From: Hypanus sabinus
Lineage: Eukaryota
Reading direction: 5' to 3'
Length of the DNA stretch: 64,000 bases
Assembly (NCBI RefSeq): GCF_030144855.1
Contig: NW_026780455.1
Span: 248,001-312,000, forward strand
Within the stretch, counting starts at the first letter, position 1; each line of letters opens with the position of its first letter. Below the pieces are notes generated by a model. It did not search any database, was not told the DNA's origin, and saw nothing but the letters and a program-made list of their open reading frames with translations. Positions 35,601-49,621 of this stretch are shown one piece after another. Both the position numbers and the translations under genes were made by a program.

Positions 35601-38329
35601 CCCAGAAGCGAGAGAGTCAGCGGAGCGGAAGCCAGCTGGAGGGCTGTAAGATTATTCGCAACATGGAGAAGTGAAACTTAATTTCGAGAAGCAACATCCC
35701 GTGGCTGAGTTTCTTGCCATCCGCCCAAAACCGTCTCTGCACATGCGCAGTGAAACACGAACTTCCAGCTGCGTCAGAGACACAAGACTCACCAGAAAGA
35801 AAAGTCAATTAAACTGTAATTATACACAATCCATGCAGTTCACAACACATTTGAAAAAAAACGAAAAAAATCGGAGTCCATTGCTTGACAAATTGTTCGA
35901 TTCGTGCCGGTCTGTTTGCCGAATGGTTGAATGGAAGTCATTGTTCCTGAACCTAATCCTGTGAGGAATTTCACCTTCTCTACCTCCTGTCCGATGGGGA
36001 CTGCGAGAGGATGGCGTGGTGCAGACGGTGTGGGGACCTGCTGTGCGTGCAAATTGCAAACCAGAAGCAAATTCAACGGGGGACGCCTCCGCACGTTTGC
36101 CAGGGTTCTGAGAAAGTAAAATGGCTGACCCGGATTCGTGGCTATTCCCTCACTGGCGAGAGACTGTCTGGACCCAAGTGCTGGAGGATCCGAGGCTTGA
36201 ATCACGAGGTGTGACTGAAACGGGAACAGACAACTAAACAAGAGGCTGGACGACAAAACAAGCTGTGGTGACGATTGGTTACCAGATATCTTGAAGTTGA
36301 GAAAGAAGTTGGAGAGCCCTAATTTACAGTTTTCTGTACCGACTCCTTTATATACCTGCGGAACGACCTATGCGCGTTTGAAAGTAAAATATACAAGAAC
36401 GTCGCCGGGACTCCAGGACCCCAGTTATAAGGAAAGATTGAATAGGTTTGGAGTTTATTGCTTGGAATGCAGAAAGCTGAGGGGGGATTTGATAGAGGGA
36501 TACACAATTATGAGGATGAGGAGAAGTAGTAATAATAGTCGTAGCCGCAGATCCCAGGGGATCACTGGTTCGCTTCTCTGGCGAACTGCATCCACTCCAG
36601 GGCGCAAGCCTGGGCGGGAGGATTTGAAGAACCGGCAGTTGTCCATGCAGCGGCTTCGTCACGTCTCTGATGTAGTAACAGGGAAGGGCAAGCGCCGCTA
36701 CTGCTTGACAGCAGTTGTCGTCGTACAGGTTGCCAGAGTCAAGCTGCAAACAACATCAAGCTTCCTTAGGGACGCCGGCTCCGGATTTCTTCCTCGGGGC
36801 TTACCCCCGAAGCCTTTCCCATGGGTGCGCATGGCCGGAAGGCAGCGGAGGTGTAAAATCAGAGTGTTCCTTCTCCTCGGCGGGCTCTGGTACAAGACTC
36901 ACGAGCGCCACCTGGCCGTGTATGAGGGATATAGCTAGAGTAAATGCAAGCAGGCCTTTACACAGAGGCTGGATGGGGCAACGTGAGGAGATGCGCTGAG
37001 GGTGAAAGTTGAAATGCTTAAGCGGAGCATGAGAAGAAAAGTCTTCAGTCAGGGGATGAGGAAGAACCAGCGCACAAATGGTGCATGAGATTCCGATATC
37101 AGCGTTTCAGAGAAGGTGCTTTTGGTTCATGTATGGCAGAGCTATGGCGGGCATCTGATCCGGGGTTTGGTCAATGATATTGGGCCGTTTAAATAGTTCG
37201 GCTCAGCTATATAGGCCGAAGCGTTTGTTTCTGAGCCCTACCTTTCTGTGACTCTAACCTCGATTCGAAGGGCCAGTTCATGTGCTGTGGTGTTCTGCCT
37301 TCGACTTTCTGTGATCCACGGAGATCCCCACCCTCTTGTCAGATTCCAGTCTCCGCTGTCAGACAGGATAACAGAGTGTTGTGTGGAAACTTACAACGAC
37401 AGAATTCGCTTAAGAAATTAATAGTATTTGAATAAACTTGGGTTTGGTTGGTGTTTCCTCCACAGCGACGGTAGAGAGAGCTCTCGATCCACGGACCAGC
37501 TTTGAATGGGTTCCACCAATTCTGAGAGAGAGACCGGATGCTAATTGACACCTCCAGCAGAGGCACGTCCTGCTGAGATATCAGTCTCTGTTCCGTTACC
37601 GGCGAAATGAACGAACTTAAGTGCAGGAATCCCTATTCTAGCTCCAGGGACCAAGTCCGAAATGGTCGCTGTTTTGCCTCAGGGAGATGGAGGGGAGTTG
37701 CGCCGGTGGTGCGTTGGGTCAACTGCTCCCGCAACATCTTACGTTTACGCCCCGTAGAAAAGTCCTACCAGACCGGGGTACCACCAGTATAGAAGATAAT
37801 TAACTACGTGCTCAGACATAATAAAAATCGTTAGTTTGCGTGCCTTGCAGACACATCAGCCCATGTATAACCATATCCGTGGATGTATCATGGCCGGTTA
37901 AAACACGGCTCAGCACATCAGGAGATATAGCCTGCCCTCCACAGACTCTACCTATACATCCCATAGCCTCGGTAAAGCAGCCGGCACATTCTCGTACCAT
38001 TTCAGCCCAATATTTCCTTCCACCTCCTTCCGTCGGGAAGGAAACACAAATGTTTCACAGTCCGCACTCACCGCTCAAACTGGGTAGGTTCTCACACGTT
38101 ACTCTCGACCTGCAATCCAGTTCTTTATTTACATGTATCATGTTACGACCTCAATGCTTTGATCTACATGAACGATATGCAAGTCAAGTGAATTGCCAAA
38201 TGCTCTCTTCTAAGCCAGACCCCCTCCCTGCCCTGCACCGCCATCCACAACTCCAGATCCCAACTCCGAACGTCCCGTTTGTCAACCCCATCCTCACCTT
38301 CCACCAATTCCCCGGTTCACCAAATCTAC

Positions 38330-38790
38330 TGAGCAGGTGAGAAGGTCTCTGGGGAGACTCGGACGGGGCAAAGCATTGTGTTCTCAAGTTGTGAACTCCA
38401 AGGTCCTGAGGGAACCTGCTCAGCGGCTGTGTGGAGATCCCCAGCGCATTTCCAACTTGACCCCCAGGGTTGAAAGCGTGGAAACATCATGTTTGGTCAC
38501 AGTAGCCACCAACGGCCAACTTAAAGTCTCGAATGAATACCGTCCAGTGGCCGTGAACTGTTATATCATGAAGACCCCGTCGAGGCGGATCTTGTCTCAC
38601 CTCCGACCGTGGCCAGATCAGCCCTCGACCCCCTGCAGCTTGCCAGCCACGAACGGATTCGTGTTGAGGAGACTGTCGTGATCTGCAGAGCAGAGCCTAC
38701 TGCCTCTTGGACAATCAGGGCAGCAATGTGAGGATCATGTTTTTTTTTAATTTCTTTACACAAGTGCTTTCGACACCCGATGGGAAGCCA
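38330..38790 (+). mobile_element. Rex1/Babar-type RT fragment
   Basis: ..KVLREPAQRLCG..SNL....NEYRPVAVN.YIMK.. degenerate RT N-terminus. Confidence 0.6.
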
Positions 38791-39138
38791 CGCGTTCACC
38801 AGGAGAGCCGATAAATTCCTTAACAGCCAGCGGCGGGATTTAAACCCGGGTCGCTGGCGCTGAACGCTGGAAATATTTCAAAGTAAATTTCTATTAACTA
38901 ACGCTAGTCAAGCTTTCATTTTACTGTATTACTACGGAACAAAAAAATAAAAGCGATTGACATGTCATTTATACTGTATTCATCCGCCAACAAAGAGTCG
39001 AATTGTAGGTGGAGGGTGGGTCTTTCTGCTAAAATGGGCGTGGCATCTCTTCCTGGCTCTCACTGCCTTTACAAATGTGATAAACGGCAGCTGAGCACAA
39101 GTCTCGCTCATTATCTGAAGGATCGTTTCTAAACAAGG

Positions 39139-39991
39139 ATGTTTGTGTTACTCGGACTTATGATCTGGACCCACGGTAAGCAATTTCCTGCCCCTACAAA
39201 CTCGATAAACACTTTTGTTCTCATTTTCCCCTTTCCTTCTTAATTTGCTGATCCACTTCTCGACCCTCTGTGTTCATCTTCTAATTTCTTTCTAAATTAA
39301 TTATCCTCCTTTTACAATCCGTCCATCTTTCTCCTGCTACAGACTGCGTGCCTGCGATTCACTCTTCCTGCCCAAATCTCGTTCTCTTCCTCACTTCCTC
39401 CTTGCAGTCTTTGCACCTATATTTTCGTTCACAGATGATTTTCCCTCTTTCTCAAAATTTCGTTTTAATTCCCTCTGCTTTTCTTTATTTCCCAGCTGCT
39501 TTTCCATTTCTTTCTAATGTTCCAGTTTTTAATCATTTCCTTTCCTCTTACGTTTCCAGAGCCACACTGATCCCCTGCACAACCGACCTCCCCCACACCC
39601 CCAGATCTCCACCAGCATCATTAACCGTGCTCCACTCCCCGTCTCTTTCCTAGAGGTCAGCTCGCAAACGATCGCCCAGATACCGGCCGTGCTCTCCAGA
39701 TCCCCCGGCGGGAACGTGACGATGACGTGCACGGTGAAAGGCACGAGTGCTGACCCTCGCATGTACTGGTACAGACAGCTCCCGGGGAAAGAGCTGGATA
39801 ACCTGTTTTAGTCCACTGCTCCCGGCGCTGTCAATTCCGACGAGCCCATGGACGGTTTCACAGCCAACAGACCTGACGGAAAGACCTTCACTCTGACGAA
39901 CTCCAACCTAGAATTGAAGAACTCGGCCGTACTCTTCTGCGCGTGGAGTCTACACAGTGGCTCAGAGAGAGGGAGACTCCCAAAAAAAACC
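39139..39991 (+). pseudogene. TRBV: TRBV pseudogene (CAWS family), single nonsense codon, good RSS
   Basis: Leader 39139-39175 MFVLLGLMIWTH|gtaagc. V exon from 39654 ..MTCTVKGTSADPRMYWYRQLPGKELDNLF*(TAG 39809-39811)STAPG..SAVLFCAWSL. RSS CACAGTG-23-AAAAAAACC (39953-39991). Confidence 0.92.
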
Positions 39992-41999
39992 TGTTGACAA
40001 CGCCGGGGAGCGGCTGGTGGTGGAAGGCGGAATTGCAGCTCGCTTCAGCGACAAAAGACAAAGACAATGTGGAGTTTAAAGTCACATGCATCAGTACTTA
40101 CACTCAGTAGCCACACTAAGATGTTCACCTTTCCACCAGCACATCAAGACAGATATCTAATTAGCCAGATTAGAGTGCGAAGTCAAAAACCCATTTTATC
40201 GGACCTGCAGACCACTCAATGGCCTTAGCCTTTTAGAGCGGGGTAAAATCTGCCTTTGAGCCAGGTGGCATGGGGTATATGTTCACAGGTTCTTAATCAG
40301 TAAGGGCGTCAACGTTTACAGAGAGAAGACAGAAGGTGGGACCGGTAACAGAGAGACGGATTACACCTGAACTACAGAGGGATTAACATCCTTGCAGGGA
40401 GGTTTGATAGTGCTATGGGGGGGGGGGATTTAAACTAGATTTACAGAGGGATGGGAACCCGAACAATGCATAGTCTGTTCACGTTCCAAAGTCTTCCAGT
40501 TTCCTCTTTCAAATCGGCATATATCTGCTGCTTTTCCATGTACTGAGTTCTGTATGTTTTGTGTGAGAAAAGGAAAACTTTTGTTGGAAGGCTGAAGAAC
40601 AGCTGCCAATTAGATTTCAACAGTAACCAGAAAACAAAAATAATTCCATGATCCGATATTAATAAACGCACGAAGAAAAATTAAAAACAAAAAAACAGGG
40701 ACACTCAAGCTATCTCGGGTTAAAGTGAGCCTAGTACTGAAGGGGGCATTTAGAAACTGTACAACATACAGGTAAAACGGATGAGGTCATGCCTTTATTA
40801 TCGAAAACAGGTTTCAACGTACGCACCACTGAACATAAATAAGATCATTACACAGAGAAATGAAGATAAATTTAACCATTGAAAGTGTATGATGCTCCAT
40901 TGAAAACATCCCTAGATTTTACCAGTGATATTGCTGATGATTATTAACCTTTGTATTATTATTTTATGGTATCCTTGTACCGAGAATTAAACAATTGCAA
41001 TCTGCAACCACGGAGCACATGATCCCTATTTTGACAACAGAAGGTGCTCTTCGAACATGAAACCGGTCGGTGAAAAACATTAAATATTACCTTTCAGTCA
41101 ATAAAGCGATACAAAGCCAGTTTCCTTCCCTACAAATCGATATGCACCACGCAAAACCGCTGTAGGAGTCACCATCCCAGGCAGAATCGATGCAATACTT
41201 CATCAGTACTGGAAAGAAAGAGAGAAGAAGGCAGAATAAGAAGCTTGGGGAAGGAAGTGACAACAAGCTCGAATTTGAATGGTGCGACTACGTGAGTGGA
41301 AGGGATGTGGGTGGGGGAAGCGGTGCAGTAGGATGCTGGGAGGTGAAATGTGGAAAGGTTAATGGCCTGAAGGAATGACCTGATAGGAGAATGGAACATC
41401 ATATAAACGGAAGGAGGATGAACACCAGAGGGAGGTGATGGGGAGGCAAGGGGAAGAGAACAGGTGTGACAAGTGCTATAAAGGGGTAATGAAAGAACCA
41501 AGAAGGGCAATGGGAGGAAGACAAGTACGGTAGGTTTAAGAAACCTCTCCTCGTACAGTCAGGTTAGATGCAAGTCAGGCGGAATATAGGGATTGTCCCC
41601 AAAACGGCTGAATGACCTTATATCGGCAAAAGACCATACTATGGACTGACATTACGAAATGGGAAGAGGCATTGGATTTAATATTAGTGTTCCACGCTGT
41701 TGTGTTATACTTTGATGACGTGGTATCCCTTAAACGCAAAATCAATTCCTGACACTGAATGCTCATGGCCGTTGGATACGGCACTCGTCCGATCCCTTTC
41801 AGCTGGGCGGGTGCAGACGATCGTGGCCGCAAATGGTGAGGGAGAGGGGCTTAGGGCGTATATGGGAATCTTTAATTACGGCGAGCGATTGGAGACCCGG
41901 GGTCTGTAGTTCCTGGAGAGAAGGAGGATGAGGAATGACTTGAAGACGCGTTATAAAATCATGAGGGGCATAGAAAGTGTGATAAAGGCAGCATTTTTC

Positions 42000-42545
42000 A
42001 AAGGGCAATAGACAATAGACAATAGACAACAGACAATAGGTGCGGGAGTAGGCCATTCGTCCTTTCGACCTAGCACCACCATTCACTGTGATCATGGCTG
42101 ATCATTCACAATCAGTACCCCGTTCCTGTCTTCTCCCCATATCCCTTGACTCCGCCATATTTAAGAGCTCTATCTGACTCTTTCTTGAAAGCATCCAGAG
42201 AAGTGGCCTCCACTGCCTTCTAAGGCAGAGCATTCTATAGATCCACAACTCTTTGGGTGAAAAAGTTTTTTCCTGAACTCCGTTCTGAAGGACCTACCCC
42301 TAATTCTTAAACTGTGGCCTCTGGTTCGGGACTCCCCCAACATCGGGAACATGTTTCCTGCAACAAGCTTGTCTAAGGGATATGATTCAATCAGATCCCC
42401 TCTCATCTTTCTAAATTCCAGTGTATACAAGCCCAGTCGCTCCAATCTTTCAACATATTACAGTCCCACCATTCCGGGAATTAATCTTATGAAGCAACTC
42501 TGAACTCCCTCAATAGCAAGAATGCCCTTCCTCAAATTTGGAGAC
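42000..42545 (-). mobile_element. CR1 LINE 3' end
   Basis: MERLGLYTLEFRKMRGDLIESY..NMFPMLGESRTRGHSLRIRGRSF and a (CTATTGT)n tail. Confidence 0.85.
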
Positions 42546-42869
42546 CAAAACCGATGAATCTAAAGGAAGTAGATCTGCTTTTAAAGTGAGAAGTGCAGGG
42601 ATGTTTAAAGGGGCCTTTAAATTATTCTGCTTCGACAAAGATTGCCAGAATAATTGGGCACGGCATATTACAAGCGTCTTAAAGACATCCAGACCGGTCT
42701 GTGGAATGGAAAGTTTTCATCAGAAAAATGCGCGAATCACTGGGCAATGCGACAACCTTCGAAAGGAAATCTGATCAGCAGAGCAGAATGTGGCCGAAGA
42801 TCTCTCTCTGCACTCTCTGATACACGACTCCGGGCAATTACCTTTTGTATCCAAAGTAGACAATCGGTC

Positions 42870-43074
42870 CTCGATGACGTAAGCAGACGATCAATCGAAA
42901 ATTGCCACGCACAGTCAGGTGTCATTTCCGGTGGTACATTCCACCGACAAGAGTCGAGGTGAGAAAGGGAAGCGGGCGCATTCGCTCCGAACAGCATTTC
43001 AGAAGGACAAAGCACTTTCCCCGCTGACGTGCCCCTCGCCTTTCTCACCTTGTCCCTGACTCTCCTGGACCATT
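42870..43074 (+). pseudogene. Orphan promoter + leader of the short-CDR2 family, opposite strand to its relatives
   Basis: gatgacgtaagca..gtcaggtgtcatttccggtggtacattccaccgacaag matches the reverse of 7441-7520. Leader 43010-43074 has ATG>AAG and +1 C, then t|gtgagc. No V exon follows. Confidence 0.8.
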
Positions 43075-45329
43075 GTGAGCTTTATTCTTCTTTATTCAGT
43101 CACATTCCCAGTTTATCAGCCGGCCAAACAATTCATTGATTCATGAATCCGTGTAGGGCCCCAACAGCCGTTCCTTCGACGATGATGCGCCGACTCTTTA
43201 ACCCATCCCATGTTAAACCTTCTCTCTTACATGGACGCGCAGTCAAAATTTCCAACAACTAATCGGGCTCATTGAGCAGAGCGCTCCACAGATTTGCCAG
43301 TCTCTGGGATAAGCAGTTCCTCATCATTGGCGTCCTGAGTCCACTCACACGACCCAGACCTCGGATACCTTCAGGCTGAATTAAAGACGTCTGTCTCTTA
43401 CACCACCCCACCCCCAGCCTCGACTTCTCCTCTCAGACTCCCGCCGGAATTTCCTATCCGGGAGTTGGGACAATCCCCGCCTCCGCTGCCATCCCAGACC
43501 AGGTCGTGAATACACAAGCGGGAACTCTGATGAGTGCTCTTTCTTTGTTTTCTTTTCTTCTTCTCTCTGTCTCCTCCTTCCTCTCTCTCCACCCCTCCCA
43601 CTCACTCTCTCCTCTCTCCCTCTACTCCTTTCACTCCCTCTCATCTCTTCCTCCCTCGCACTATTCGTCCCTCCTCTCCCTCCCCTATTGCTCCCTCCTC
43701 TCCCCCATCGTTCTTCCCCTCTCTGTCCCACCGTTCACCGCTCACCCACATCGCTCATCCTCTCTCTGCCGACCTCCGCTTCTCCCCATCGCTCTCCATC
43801 TCTCTCCCCATCACCTCTCTCTCCCACCTTTCAACTCTCTCTCCCCCACCCTGTAACTTTCTACCCCATCTGAGGGTTGAGCTCAGTTAATGAGAGACAG
43901 GAACTCATGGCGGTTAACTGACCCGGCGAGCCCGCTCCGCGATTCAATATGATCATGTCTGATCTGTCCATGGACTCATCTCCACCTGCGAGTCTTTTCT
44001 CCATAACCCTTAACTCCCCTACTATGAAACAATCCATCTCACCTTGTCTTAAACATGTTTATTGAGGTAACCGCCACTACCTCACGGGGCAGAAAATTCG
44101 ACAGCTGCACAACTCTCTGGGAAAAGGTTCCTTGATATTGGCGCGTCACCGGAAGACGGCGCCGTGAGTTTGGGAGTTGGAGTGCAAATATTAGGCTTCC
44201 TGGGAGGGGCGAAAACGGCGCTCCAAGAATGATGACGGTGCACGGCGAGAGTGCATCTGCTGAGACATTTTGCACGGCACGCTTTCCAGTCGTTCGTTCG
44301 GCCTGACTTGGAGTACCGTATTCAATCTGTGTAGAAATTGGACAGGATAGAAGTGATTAGGCCGCAGCGGCAGCAGACTGGATTCACAAAGTTTGAACTT
44401 TACTGGCATACCGGATTTATAAATATATATTCGAGTTCCTGATCTTGCGTGGGCGGGGCTCGTTGTGCCAAGCGACGGGTGAAAAAATGCCATTAAAATT
44501 GTTGGGCCTTTCCGCAGTGAAGAAAGTTGTCCAGGTTTATAGCAGGATTTGTTTGAAACGGGAAAGAGGAGAAGGGAACAGTGTCGTCCTCCAGCAATTA
44601 GGCGTACGACTCCCGCGGCGTCTGTAAGGAGTTCACCTCTAGATGCTGTGTGTTTTCGTCGGGTCTCTCGTTTCCTTCTGTATAACAAAGGCTAAATGTA
44701 GGCGTTCGGGTTGGAACGTTGGGGAAATGCTATGATGACATGCACAGAGAATAGCAGGACACTAGGAGGTGCCATTAGCAGAAGGCAAAAAAAAATAAAT
44801 GACGATAGTTCACCGAAATTGACACGGCGCAGGAAGATAACTGGGCGAACTCCTGGAGATCCGCTGACCAATTCGAACCGGCGGAATTTCACACATTACG
44901 TCCCTGAACGGATTGTAAAGACGTCTGCCTCACTTTCAAGGACATTGCTACGAATTTTCTTGGTATAATGTTTTTATTTGCACGTATGTTTAATTTCCGT
45001 TTGTCAGTCATAGGTTTTGTGAGGTTATTCCCGATTTTATGCTGTATTTCCCCAGAAATAAATGCAGGTTAATGAATCGCAAGGCCAGATAAGTACTATG
45101 ATAATCAATTTATTTTCACTTGGACTTTGACTTTACGAGACCGTTAAAATCTCTGGGAGCTTACATAAGATGCATCATCGTTATTCGCTGGGGGTCGGAG
45201 AGATTAATCTCAAATTATAGCAGTTCATGTTGAGGGACATATGCTTATACTGGGATAAAGTGAGACAGGCGAATTGAGTTGCTGCAAGACGGGGAAGAGT
45301 AGGTTACGTTTGCTTTACTATACAGTAAA

Positions 45330-45606
45330 GCTTTAAGAATGCATTGAGTAAACGCAGGTAAATAGAATTAGAGTTTACAGAGCCCCGTAGTACCATAACT
45401 CCAAGCCAACAGAGGGCGCTCTTCGACCAAATGTTGCGATATTGATTTCTAGTTTGGCAGCTACCATTCACCCACCCTGTCAGAACACCACACAAGACCA
45501 CGTCTTCTGAACCACCACATTCATGTCTCATTGCGCTCACTGAGGTTGTCTCCATCTCGTACGGAGCGATTACATGAAGCGAAAACATCAAAGATCCAGG
45601 TGCGCT
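45330..45606 (+). promoter_or_regulatory. Duplicated module with strong CTCF candidate (45406-45419), ~0.84 kb upstream of the V at 46260
   Basis: CCAACAGAGGGCGC; the module is the inverted homolog of 9320-9600. Confidence 0.65.
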
Positions 45607-46259
45607 TCATACAATTATATCGAAGGCATCATCTCAGGAGACAGACAGAAGGATGGATACAGGTAGGCACATAGATCACCAAACCACAGGCAGAGAAGAG
45701 ATAGATGAATAACTCTCTAGAACTAATACAGCTATGAAGACGACAGGGAAACTTGCCTTTTACCAATTATTCCCTTTATACGGGAATTCAAACGTTTGAA
45801 ACGATAATCATGATAAGATCCTTTGCAATTTTTTTTCCCTGTCCCCGTGCGACGTCTGTCAATGGAGGAAGGGCTGGCGCGCCGTTGTCTGCATTTATGT
45901 TGACGGTACCATTTAAACTGATGGACGGAAAGACGGATAGAGGTGGAAAAATGAGTAGATACAGTCGGACAACAGGAAGCTAAGAGACAGATAAACAGCG
46001 CTATAATTTTAATAGATCGATGAAGACGACACGGAAGTTTAACTTTCACCAGCTACCCAATCGGCTTTGTATTATATCGTTTCGTTTCCTGTTTCCGAGC
46101 TACGCCGTTCAGCGAGGGGAGCGGGCGGGTGGGAGAGGCTGGTGAGCCAATCATAGAGAAGGTGGTAGGGTGATGTAAAATAATCCACAGTTTTAGGCAA
46201 ACATCGTTTCTATCTTCATCTTCAAGACAGATAATTCCGCTCCGAATCGCAAGTTCAGG

Positions 46260-47352
46260 ATGATCCTGATACTACCGCTGGTGGCCTGGTTCCAACGTAA
46301 GGAAACGTGGCCGTCTATGGTATTGATTCCTTCGTCTCTTGGTCTCCTTTTGTCCGTCTCGCATTGTCCCAGCTACGTTTCGGTTCAATTTCATTTATTC
46401 TCCTTCGTCTCCATTTCCTTAATTTTTTTTACCGCATTTTTACCCGTTTCCCAATTGCATACTGCCATTATTTTCCTTGGCATCTTCCCCTCGATATTTT
46501 TTGCTCGCTCTCTCGGCTTTCTCGTTCCCTTCATTCTTTCCTCTCTTTCCTCTCTGTCTTTTGTTCGTTTCTCTCCCCATTCTCTCCCCACCTCCTTTCG
46601 TGTTAGCAGGAGTCGACTTTGAAACAATGNNNNNNNNNNNNNNNNNNNNNNNNNNNNNNNNNNNNNNNNNNNNNNNNNNNNNNNNNNNNNNNNNNNNNNN
46701 NNNNNNNNNNNNNNNNNNNNNNNNNNNNNNNNNNNNNNNNNNNNNNNNNNNNNNNNNNNNNNNNNNNNNNNNNNNNNNNNNNNNNNNNNNNNNNNNNNNN
46801 NNNNNNNNNNNNNNNNNNNNNNNNNNNNNNNNNNNNNNNNNNNNNNNNNNNNNNNNNNNNNNNNNNNNNNNNNNNNNNNNNNNNNNNNNNNNNNNNNNNN
46901 NNNNNNNNNNNNNNNNNNNNNNNNNNNNNNNNNNNNNNNNNNNNNNNNNNNNNNNNNNNACACTCAGCATCCGGAGGCTTTTTTGAATAACATTTTCTTC
47001 CCGCTTTCTGTTGCAGAAGCGAATTCGGAGATTATCCGCCATACACCCTCCGTTGTTTCCCAGTCTCTCGGCGAGGCGGTGACGCTCCAATGCATCATTG
47101 AGGATGGTAAAATTTATCAGCTATACTGGTACAGACAGTACCCGGGGAAGGAGCCGCAGAACCTATTCTACTCCATGGCTGCTCGAAGCGTGACCCCGGA
47201 CACGGAGGTGGAGGGGTTCACCGCCAACCGGCCGGAGTAACGCCGCCTTCACTCTGAGCGCCGCTCGCCTGCAGCTGAACAACACCGGCACATATTTCTG
47301 CGCTCGCAGTCTCCACAGCGCCTGACCACGACGGAAGCCTCGAGCAAAAACC
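46260..47352 (+). pseudogene. TRBV: TRBV (CAWS-family paralog ending CARS) with a single +1 G frameshift
   Basis: Leader 46260-46296 MILILPLVAWFQ|gtaagg. V exon from 47017 ..LQCIIEDGKIYQLYWYRQYPGKEPQNLFYS..NRP, extra G at 47234-47235, then SNAAFTLSAARLQLNNTGTYFCARSL. RSS CACAGCG-23-GCAAAAACC (47314-47352). Confidence 0.9.
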
Positions 47353-47642
47353 CCAACAGGGCAGGTGTCGACGACAGTAATTTCAGAATGAAAGGTAATA
47401 GTTCACAGTCTGAAAAGGAAAACGCAGACAACGGCACGGCAAAGACCGCATGATGCCGAAAGAAATTATTATTCCCGTATGTTTAGATATTTAGGATCCA
47501 CTTACGGTTGCACGCCATGGTGCTTTCTCATGGATTGTTCTGACTCCCCTTCCCACCCCCCACAATTACATACGAGTGCTGGTTAACTTCATGCGCATGT
47601 CCATCTTTATCACCTTTCAGATCTTCACGATGATCCGAGACT

Positions 47643-47656
47643 CCTGCAGGAGGCGC
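47643..47656 (+). promoter_or_regulatory. Candidate CTCF element
   Basis: CCTGCAGGAGGCGC(TGTTGA); flank homologous to ~53935-54000. Confidence 0.55.
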
Positions 47657-49621
47657 TGTTGAACCACGAATGCAGAGTCCTCGGTCGGCAGAGCACCTGC
47701 GTGTTAAAAGCGTCTCGTTGTAGCTGGGTTCCTGAATCATTTTCTATAATCAAGCTCGTGGCTTGCATTCACAGGCTTCATGAGGGGCTGGCAGTTCTAC
47801 TGGGTTTACAATATAACAGTTACCTTTTCAATGACAATGACGTGATATTCATCATTCAGCCCCCCTCCATCCTTCCCCCGGTATATGGCTCAGTAATAGC
47901 TTCCTTTTCTGTGATCGTGAAATGCAATAGAACAAATGAAAAAAAAGTACTTGACAATCAACGGACGAAAGAGGGAAGACTGTGCAAATGCAATAAATAA
48001 CTAAACCGATAGAANNNNNNNNNNNNNNNNNNNNNNNNNNNNNNNNNNNNNNNNNNNNNNNNNNNNNNNNNNNNNNNNNNNNNNNNNNNNNNNNNNNNNN
48101 NNNNNNNNNNNNNNNNNNNNNNNNNNNNNNNNNNNNNNNNNNNNNNNNNNNNNNNNNNNNNNNNNNNNNNNNNNNNNNNNNNNNNNNNNNNNNNNNNNNN
48201 NNNNNNNNNNNNNNNNNNNNNNNNNNNNNNNNNNNNNNNNNNNNNNNNNNNNTCTGGATCAATAAATACATAATACTGAGGTCGTGTTCAGTGTTGCGAT
48301 CTCTGAACTTACCAAATACTGATACGGGAGTTAGTTGGCGAAAAGGAAATGACTCTTACTGAACCTGTGGGTGTAGGACCTAAGTCTTCCCCGTACCTCT
48401 ATCCCGATGGTCGCGAAGATAAACCTGGGATGGATGACAAAATGCAAAACGATGGGAGGCTGTTTGCCATTGAAGAAAGAGAGAAAGAACAAATAAGTGT
48501 GCGCGTGCGTGGAAAAGCTAACACGTCATTCACCTGAGCAGGTGTTATCCCTCCGGGTTGTTCCGGGTTTCCGCACAGAGACCAAAGTAGCGGCTGTCCC
48601 GTGATTAGGAAAGTTAAAATAGATTGGTTGCTGGGCGAACCTACTCTGTCGGTCGGAAGGAGTATTCAGTGCTTCACGTCCAAATAAATACCAGAGAAGG
48701 CTTGGCCGAACCAAGGGAGACGATTTTTGACACCATCCACCTTTCTTTCTCCTTCTTGAAAGAACTTCATGGTGTCATGAGAGCAATCGTGGTTAATCAC
48801 AAATAAAACAACGTGAAAATTGTGATTGTTTTGTGTAAGTTGGTGCAGTAGCATAATTTCTTCCCTTCAAAGAGCTTTGTGAGAGAGCACAAGACGACTG
48901 CCTGTTCACATCGTCGTCCCTTCCCGGCATGCCCTTCATCTGTTCCGTCCGCTCACTGTCACACGACAACTCCCCACAAGCCTTCCCCCATTCTCCTCCA
49001 GTAGCCGCCCTGCTCCCCCACTCTGCCCTGTAATCTTGTCTGGTTGTTTCCTCCCTTTCACCAAATAACTAACACATTTCTCACGTGCTCCATTCTTTTC
49101 CTTTGTTGGGTCCACATCTTCAACTATTCCCCACAGCAGCTGCGATCTGGGCAGGTGTGCTGGCAATGTCGGCCCCAGGTGCGCGGGAAGAGCAGACTCT
49201 GAAGGAGAGACGGCGAAGAGTTTATTCATGGGATTTCCAAAAGAATATTGGACGCCCCGGCCGAAGAACAAAGCGAGGCGCAGCATTCAACCTAGGAAAA
49301 CTAGGAACCAACGATCAGCGCTGATCAGGTTCCGTTTGTATAATCTGTCTAACACTGAATTTCTCAGTCAATCAAGGTAAATAACATTTAAATGGAAAAC
49401 ACCAGGAGAAGTCATTACACAGAGCGAGTCAATCGAGATATAAACAGAAGGGGACTTTAATCGATTAAAGAAACCCTTGGAGCCCGACACCCTCTGGCTC
49501 CCCACACAGGTCCGGAGAGCTTACTACACGGTGTAACGCGGCTCCTGTTGCCACCGTCTCGTGTCTCCAGCTGGCGGTGTATTATGTCGACAGCTCCCAA
49601 TAGCCCAGAGTTGCACATGCA

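Noticed and set aside
49085-49330. Acceptor plus FNLGKLGTND(S)A FR3-like stretch
   Set aside because: No Cys23/Trp41/Cys104 pattern and no RSS; likely chance.
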